Assembly (NCBI RefSeq): GCF_000181795.1
Contig: NW_003526945.1
Location: 5,613,503-5,677,502 of the forward strand
Source of the DNA: Trichinella spiralis
Lineage: Eukaryota
Direction: 5' to 3'
DNA length: 64,000 bases
The translations under genes and the position numbers were made by a program. The first letter of the stretch is position 1. Every line of letters starts with the position of its first letter. Below the pieces are notes generated by a model, which searched no databases, was not told the origin of the DNA, and saw nothing but the letters and a program-made list of their open reading frames with translations. This document shows, in pieces, positions 56,211 to 64,000 of this stretch.

Positions 56211-58427
56211 ATGCAGCAGCAACGACAACGACGACAACTTCTATTTCCTCTTTTCTTCTGGTCAATCGTTGTACAATTGTTGCCAGCGATGTGTCACCAA
56301 CTACCTCCACCCATGGTACCATTGTTGACCGTCATCCGACAACTCGAAAATGAACACTACTGCCAACCGATCGAAGTGACCATGTGCAAAGATTTGCCGT
56401 ATAATTTCACGTCGATGCCCAACTTTGTCGGCAACGAAGACCAGACCGAAGCCGAACTCCAACTGACCACATTCTTGCCGCTCATACAGATCCAATGCAG
56501 CAGTCAGTTGAAATTTTTCCTCTGCTCCGTCTACGTTCCCATGTGCACCGACAAGGTCAACATCCCGATAGGACCTTGTCGACCGTTGTGCGAATCGGTT
56601 CGCCGTTGCTGCGAACCGATGCTCAAACAGTTCGGTTTCCCCTGGCCGGCGTTGTTGAACTGTTCGAAATTCCACCCCGAAAACAACGCCCAGGCGATGT
56701 GCATGCGCGGTCCCAGCCAGGACCACAATTCGGTCTGCTTCGGCGACACGCACGTTGCCGTCGACGAGTCGTTCGCTTTGCCGCCCCACACCGACCCGCC
56801 CACCACCGTCGACGACCGCCGCTATCCCAACAACTACCCGCACGATATTTACAACAAATACAACAATCACCATTACCATCACAACCACAACGGTCATGCT
56901 GACACGGATCGTTACGACATCCAACCTCATCACCAGAACAATTACAACCATCACAACAATATCAGGCATCACAACAACAACAACAACCATTATCCGCATT
57001 ATCACAAAGGGGATGATGAAAAGAAAGAAGAACGTTCATCGCCGTCCCCATCTTACAGATCACCTCCAACTGGTGGTGGTGCTGGTGGTGGTGGTGGTGG
57101 TGGTCAGTGTAATCATTTGAGGGACAATGGTCGAGGTTTCGTCCGTTTGAACAAAACTGGCCAATGTGTCCAGTTGTGTCGCAGCAACGTGCTGTTCGAC
57201 GACGAGCAGAAGAGAAATGCGGAAATATTGATGCTCGTCTTCGCCGCCGCCTGTTCGGTCCTGTCGATAGCGGCTTTGGCTTTTCAATTTTGCAAACCCC
57301 GCGTCCTTCTCCGCCATCCCGACGTGCCGACGTTGTACATTTGCATCTGCTACGCCTGCGCCACTGTACCCTACTGGATCCGCGCCGCCGGTCGCGATTC
57401 TCTCGCCTGTACCCAGTATCCGGGCACGGTGCCGACGACGACCATCATCGCCGGCTTCGGTTTGCAGCAGATCCGTTGCACCGTGGTCGCCATACTGCTC
57501 TACTATTTCACCATGGCCAGTCACTTGTGGTGGATCATACTGTGCTTGGGGTGGTTGTTGGTCGGTCCGCTGGGCTACGGGGTCGACAAGCTCCAAAAGC
57601 GCAGCTTCACGTTCCACTGCTTCGTCTGGTTTACCGCTTTGATCAAAGTGATCGTCGTATTTATCATGAAAACCGTCGACGCCGACGAACTGACCGGCAT
57701 GTGTTTCGTCGGCAACCAGAGTCGTCAGGGGTTGCAATTTTTGCTCGTACCCCAGACGATCTATTTGGTCGTTGGACTGGTACCGTTGACGTTGGGTCTG
57801 GTGATCAAGCTGCGCGATTTTCTCCAACGTGGCAATCCACAACAGCCCGGTCGACCGCAGCCATCCCACACTACTGCCCAGCACTTTTTTTCCGCTCCCA
57901 ACGTCTCAGCTTCGGCGTTCAACAGCCCGTTGGTCCAAACGCCGACCCCCAATCCGCTCGCTCAACCGCTGCTCCGTCCCGACGGGCTCACTTCCACCGG
58001 TCTGTTGGCCGCGTTCTACGTCGTACCGCAGGCCTGTTTGATCGCCTGCTACGTTTACGAATATTTCAATCGCGAAGACTGGCTGAGCGATCCGACCAAA
58101 AATCCCAGCTACGAGACGTTCGTCGTCAAAATCGTCGCCTCCTTCTCCTATGGTATAGTTTGTAGTGGATTTTTACTGTGGCGCCGCACCTGCGACCGGT
58201 CCATGTTGCCCAGAGCGCCGGTCAAAGTCCAACAGACCGCCCTGACCGCCCCAATACCATTTCCTGGATTATGCATGCCGGTAATGAATCCACATTCTAC
58301 CTCGCCGTCGGCGACCGCGGCGGCGAACGTGGCCGCCGCCCAACGTGTCGCTCTGCTCAAAGAGCAACAATACCAGCGTCGTTTTCACAACCTTGACGAC
58401 CATTACATGGCCGACTGTATACTGTAA
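56211..58427 (+). CDS. fzd4: Frizzled-4-like 7TM receptor, intronless
   Basis: Signal peptide followed by a CRD, CQPIEVTMCKDLPYNFTSMPNFVG...AELQLTTFLPLIQIQCSSQLKFFLCSVYVPMCTDKVNIPIGPC, which is very close to FZD4. TM motifs LLYYFTMASHLWWIIL and VDADELTGMCFVGNQ are present. Confidence 0.93.
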   Translation: MQQQRQRRQLLFPLFFWSIVVQLLPAMCHQLPPPMVPLLTVIRQLENEHYCQPIEVTMCKDLPYNFTSMPNFVGNEDQTEAELQLTTFLPLIQIQCSSQLKFFLCSVYVPMCTDKVNIPIGPCRPLCESVRRCCEPMLKQFGFPWPALLNCSKFHPENNAQAMCMRGPSQDHNSVCFGDTHVAVDESFALPPHTDPPTTVDDRRYPNNYPHDIYNKYNNHHYHHNHNGHADTDRYDIQPHHQNNYNHHNNIRHHNNNNNHYPHYHKGDDEKKEERSSPSPSYRSPPTGGGAGGGGGGGQCNHLRDNGRGFVRLNKTGQCVQLCRSNVLFDDEQKRNAEILMLVFAAACSVLSIAALAFQFCKPRVLLRHPDVPTLYICICYACATVPYWIRAAGRDSLACTQYPGTVPTTTIIAGFGLQQIRCTVVAILLYYFTMASHLWWIILCLGWLLVGPLGYGVDKLQKRSFTFHCFVWFTALIKVIVVFIMKTVDADELTGMCFVGNQSRQGLQFLLVPQTIYLVVGLVPLTLGLVIKLRDFLQRGNPQQPGRPQPSHTTAQHFFSAPNVSASAFNSPLVQTPTPNPLAQPLLRPDGLTSTGLLAAFYVVPQACLIACYVYEYFNREDWLSDPTKNPSYETFVVKIVASFSYGIVCSGFLLWRRTCDRSMLPRAPVKVQQTALTAPIPFPGLCMPVMNPHSTSPSATAAANVAAAQRVALLKEQQYQRRFHNLDDHYMADCIL

Positions 58428-59188
58428 GTGCTATAACTATGACTATGATGACAACAGTACCAGCAAACAAAAATGGATACTGTTGTTGTTGTTGTTGTTT
58501 TTGGTTTGTTTTCGTTTTGAATTTGAATATATATATATATATATATATATATGCTTTTTTTATTTACTATTTTTTCCCGTTCGCCTTTTTTACTTTTCGA
58601 AGAGTTGCTATTTGTGGAAATTTTTTTCTACCCTCTCCTATTCGAATCCAATTATTGAATTAAAAGGAGTTATTGAATGTGAGACAGACGCGTTTGGTGA
58701 ACGTTTTCGTTTATCGGTTTCGGTGCTTTTGTATCGCGTTTTCCACTCCACCGCACTGGTCCAATGTTTGCCAACTGCAAGCGACACTGCTGTACACGAC
58801 ATGCATATTTGCATCCCATACGTGAACGAGGTTGCAAATGGCAAGGCAAACTTTGTAGACGCCGAGACACAAGCAAACACTGAACTTGAGAGCACCTGGT
58901 CGGATTTGGTTGGGGCTTTTTATCTGCATTTAGAAAATAACAACAGCAACAGGTCGGATATATATATATATATATATAATAAATATTTTGTGTTCAGCGT
59001 GTGCTAATGGAAGTGGAGAAATGGAAAAGAAAAAAAATGAAGCAAAACAAAGAAAAAAAATGACTACTATAGCGCAATTGAATATTCGAAGCAATTATTC
59101 AATTTTTTGATAGCATGCTGTTGTTCTGCTTTTCTTCTTCACTCGCTGCTTAGCATGAAAGAAAAAAAGTTGGCAGGCAATAGTTAGC

Positions 59189-59219
<31 letters not shown>

Positions 59220-62200
59220 GATTGAAGTGAGGGAAATTGTTTTATTGGGACCGTTAGTGTTGGCAAGAGGCGGGACGTTGAAGTTTTATTATTATTATTA
59301 TTGTTATTGCGGTTGTTGAAAAGTTCACAAATTACACACCAGGCGAGCTGGTTTGATGATGTCGTAAATTTCGCATGAAATAATTATTATATCAATATGG
59401 TGGGTTTTCAAGTGGAAATTTTTGCAAAAAATTTTCATTTTTCCCAACATTAATGATACAAATGAATAAAAATTTGTCCATTCGCAAAATGTATACCGTG
59501 CGTGTTGTGCAAATAATTCAACATGTAAACATAAATTTCAAAAGAATTATACCGCCACACAGAGAACCAAGCGTGTATCAAAATAGAACATTTGGGCACA
59601 TAGATGCGAGCGAAGATTCAAAGCAGTTGATGCTTTGTCGAAAAGCACCTGTTTAAAGTCTGAAAGTTTATCAAGTGGTGTGTTTTGTTTGTTTGGCATG
59701 AAAACGAGCTCGTCGTCTCTAATTTCTTGCCGCTTTCCAAAGTGACGACGACGTGAAATGGAATAATTTGCACAACTTTGTTACCAATTAATTGCACGTA
59801 ATAATAAATAAAATATTTATTATTCATTCATTTTCAGACAATAATTGTGAAAATTTAATTCCTTTATTCCATTTTATTGTTTTTTTTTGAGAGGAAATTG
59901 ATAAGGGTGAGCAGTAAAAAGGACAGTTAGGATGCTGGTATTGCTGTTGTTAAAGCTGAGTTGAGATGGTATATAGAGAAAATAGGGAAAAAAAAGGGCG
60001 TGTCAAGAAGAGCCTCTGGCTTTTGAATACGACTTGTTTCTCGAATGATAGACAAGAACAATGCAACTGCTCTGATATTCATACCGTGCAAATTTGATAG
60101 GGAAGAGGGCGTTGGGGGGGGGGAGGGGGGTAGAGAGGGGGTGGGGGAATATATTTTCACCAACACATTCCATCATGAACGTGACAACGACGATGCATCG
60201 CCAGTAACCTCATTAAAGCGGTCCTGTCGACTGCCCAAAAACGCATCCTGCATCATTTATTAACATTAATTGAAGAACATTTGTCAAGAAAAATTCTGCT
60301 GCAATACATTGTCTAGTTGAAATAGTGAGAGAGAGCATCGTCCGTTGGCCCATTTCCATTGAATGAAAAAGTGTAGATTCGATTTTTCGTGTCGTCTAAT
60401 TTTATTTGTTGAAAATTAATTTTCACACAACATCATTGCAACATTTTCATCAATCAACTCGAGTTTGAATTGAATTTTTCCAACGAAATTAATTTTCACC
60501 AAAAATACATTACATCCAACATAGCAACGTAGGACATGTTGAAAAGGGGAGGGGAATGGAATTGGATATTGGAACAAGAAAAAATTTTTTCCCCTCCCAA
60601 CAATGGACAAATTTTTCAAATGTTCGAGGGAAGGGGGGAAAAAAGGCAGGAAATCGATTGATTGACGGTGAACGTCGTCGACCCAGGCCAGATGCCAGCA
60701 AAGGAAGCTTTTTCGCTTTTGGCATTCTTTGATCAATGCTTCCTTCACGAGCGTGAAGCTGAACCGAAAGCGAAAATGATGAATGAATTCAGTTCGCCTT
60801 TGACACACAGACTAGCGGAGAAAAATATTCAAACATGCCTGCCAAATGGCAATCCACACGTGGCTTTTTCTTTTGTTTCCTTCATCTATGCCTTATTATA
60901 TCTATTTGAACAAGTTGAAATTTATATTTAAAAAAACAAAACTATACATATATATGTAGTTTTTCTTTCTTTTTTTATAACTTATTTTTATAATTATAAT
61001 AATAATAATAATGTTGTTGAAAAATTTTGAATAAACAATGAGAAAACATCTCAAAAGATGAAGATGAATTGAATAAATTTGAAAGTAATTAGTTGAAAAG
61101 TAAAAAAATACCATTTAACTTTGATTATTATCAATTTTTTTTAACAGTTCGGCTACAATTTGATCAGGGTCATTGAGCTTTTTCCTATTTTCTGATTGTC
61201 CCGTATTTGGTTGACCTGTAATTGTCGTTGTGTAATGCAAATTCTACAGCACATCCCAACCTAATTCATATACATCTGTATCATTATTTGTATGTGTAAT
61301 AATTTAGTGATATTTTTCATTTTTCTTCTCACTTTTTACTAGTCTGAGAAATATGATTTTCTACTGCTACTACTACTAATTAATAATAATGATAATATTA
61401 TATAAAAGATACTTGAAACAGGTAGAAGCTTGAGCTTGACTGCCAACTGACGCTAACCTTGCTGAGCAATGACCCAACCGAAGGCTTTTCTTCTTTTTTC
61501 TACAACATCTCCTCTTATGACCGTTTATCCTATTTGACCGACTGGGTCAATTTTTGACCATAGGATTAATATCGTTTGTTCTATTGTTTGGAAAAGTGTT
61601 TCCTTTTCTTTATATACAAAGCAGTTCTTTCTTTTTATAGCTCAGGAGATGAACAGATTTGCCCCAATCAACTGTAGCTTCTTCTTCTTCTTTTTCTCTT
61701 TCAACAAGCTTCTCATTTTCTTTATACACACATGTATTAGCGTGTGAGCGTATCACATGAACTTCTGGTAATATAATGTGGAAAAAAAAAGTATACGGGA
61801 ACTTGCAAGCTGACCTGGATCGAATAGTAGCTGGAATATAATATAATATAATATAAGCAACAGCTGCTGCATGTCCATTACATCTGCTTTTTTGAACATG
61901 AGACAGGGAAAGCAAATTCAAACGATATTCATTTTTTAAAAAATATATTTTCAAAAAATTTAAATTAAGGAAAAATTTGCGTAAAATCAGTTTGCAAAAG
62001 TTTCCTCTCAGTTTCGATTGTTGACAATATTTTTCTTCCCTCTTTTTGAATAATGACCACCGTCGGATTGTTTTCGAAGAATAGCAGAAATTGGTCTTTT
62101 CACAAATTTCGCCTAGTTTGAAAATTTGTGCGTAGAAAGTGAGTGATTTTTCAAAGATCCCTCCTTGTCAGCGGTGCGTGCAGTTGTTTGGAACATCGGC

Positions 62201-64000
62201 AACGGCTCGTCAGATATTGGCGAACAAACGGCGTTGAATAATGCGAGGGAAAATTTTGATAAATTAATTAATTAATAAACAACTCTGTGATTAAATATTA
62301 AAAATCTAATCATATGCAAATTTGGATGAAATGTGATTTGAATTTCAAAATTTGTTGATGAATATTTTTTGCGGAGGGGGGTTTTTTTTGTCGTCGTTCC
62401 AAGAAAAATTATTGGCAATCGATTGAGGAAGTTTTGCTTTTTTTTTGTTGTTGTTGTCGTGAAGCACAGTTGAAAAAGCTGCAAAATTGCATTTGGAATA
62501 AAAGTGACAGAAAATCAAAAGCATATATTCTTCGACGAACGCAAATATTACGATTGTTTTTATTCAAATAACAAAATTCAATTTGCATATGATGAAATTG
62601 GGTTTATTATTTGTTCAATGGCAACAAATTTGTGATGAAAAATTAATTCATCGCAACGACAGCAATTGATGCATATATATTCAAGCAAAAAAGATATATT
62701 GTAGAGCAAGATGTTTGTTTCGGCAAATTTCACAAGCATATTGCATATTGACTGTGGTATGTTTGTTGTTGCTTGTATGTATGCGTATCGTTTGCGATTG
62801 TTCAAAATACAATTGATTGGAAAATTACATTCACGCGTTGATTGTACTTTGAAACATGAAAGCTGTTAAACATTGAATATTAATTATTCTTTTTTGACAC
62901 TGCAGAGAAATTCAATTAAACAAATAAGCTTCATATTGTTATGCATTGATAATATGCAAAAATTATTTGAACTGCTGAAGTGAAATTTCATTCACAATTG
63001 GTTCACATTTGACCAAAAGAACTTATTTAATTTAATTAATCGAATGAAATTTATTCTCATGAACATCATCATTTCAATGTAACACTGCAGAGTGATATTA
63101 TTTTCAAATCAAAATCAATTTTTCAACAAAATGAAAAATATTTTTGAAAAACAGTTTAAAATGAACATTTTTATCGATTAAGTTTTTGTGAGACATTGAA
63201 GATTACTTTTTTACTTCAAAAAAGTATTTAAAACAAACATACAAATATAACAAACGCTATTCTTTTGTTCAATTAATCAATAAGTAAAACTATTTGTGCA
63301 AATGATTGAGTTGGTTTTCAGAATCTTAATTAATCACAAAATTGACATTCGTTTCTTTCTTCTGCTGCAAAAGCGGCAACAAAAAGCACAAAATTTATAT
63401 ATATATATATGTATATATATCCGCTTCATTGAATTTCCATTGTATATATGAAATTACTGATGCATATTTGTGTTCGAATTTGCTTTTATCAAAAAATAAA
63501 CAGGAAACGCGATGCTAAAAATGTACTAATAATAGAAAAGTTGAAACGTTTTGCCCAATTTTTGAAAAGAAAAAATTTCAGGTGATTATTAATTACTGTT
63601 CGATTTCAATTGCGACTTGTCAGCTTGTCAACTTCAACCACCCGGCAGGCAGTACATCACTTTGCTTAAATCAATCAATATCTAATCTTTCCCAACTTCT
63701 TTTGTTTGCCATTTAGCCAAAAGCAACTTATATATATTTCTTTCAAAAAAGTTTCCAGTTAAAAAAATTATGCGCATCAATTGAACAATGGATTCAATTT
63801 CCACGTAGCACAATTCAACGCAGCGCAAGCGAATTCACCACCATTTTCCTCATTATTAATTAGCCCCTTTCTGCAAATACACAATTCAATCCTTGTACAC
63901 TTTACGTAAACGCTAAAAATTACCATTATAGTACAATTAACTAATATGTTACCCTTTTTGTCACATGCCAACAAATTATTTGTAGTCAGCTAACTAACTA

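Noticed and set aside
56301..58165. Long antisense and alternate-frame ORFs over Frizzled (234, 274 and 333 aa)
   Set aside because: These are shadows of GC-rich, biased codon usage in the real CDS and show no recognisable domains.

Overview
Eukaryotic, AT-rich, microsatellite-rich invertebrate DNA with short GT-AG introns. It most resembles a clade I nematode such as Trichinella; this is an inference from style and repeat content, not a proven assignment. The first ~9 kb holds decayed material: a hAT transposase C-terminus, a Ty3/gypsy-like remnant and a possible GH38 alpha-mannosidase relic. Then follow a 3-exon Runx gene, an FRS2/ROG-1-type adaptor, an SLC25A44-like carrier, UBE2G2, L2HGDH, a small C2H2 zinc-finger gene, a neurochondrin-like gene, two tandem intronless STAR-type KH-QUA2 genes, an intronless KCNQ channel and an intronless Frizzled-4-like receptor. 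The most notable points are three signalling proteins that have lost canonical motifs (Frizzled without KTxxxW, KCNQ with an acidic first S4 position, Runx without WRPY). The KH tandem pair also stands out: its cores are homogenised and each copy is preceded by a spliced-leader-like 23-mer. No tRNA, rRNA or CRISPR array was seen. All splice models and family calls were made by eye.
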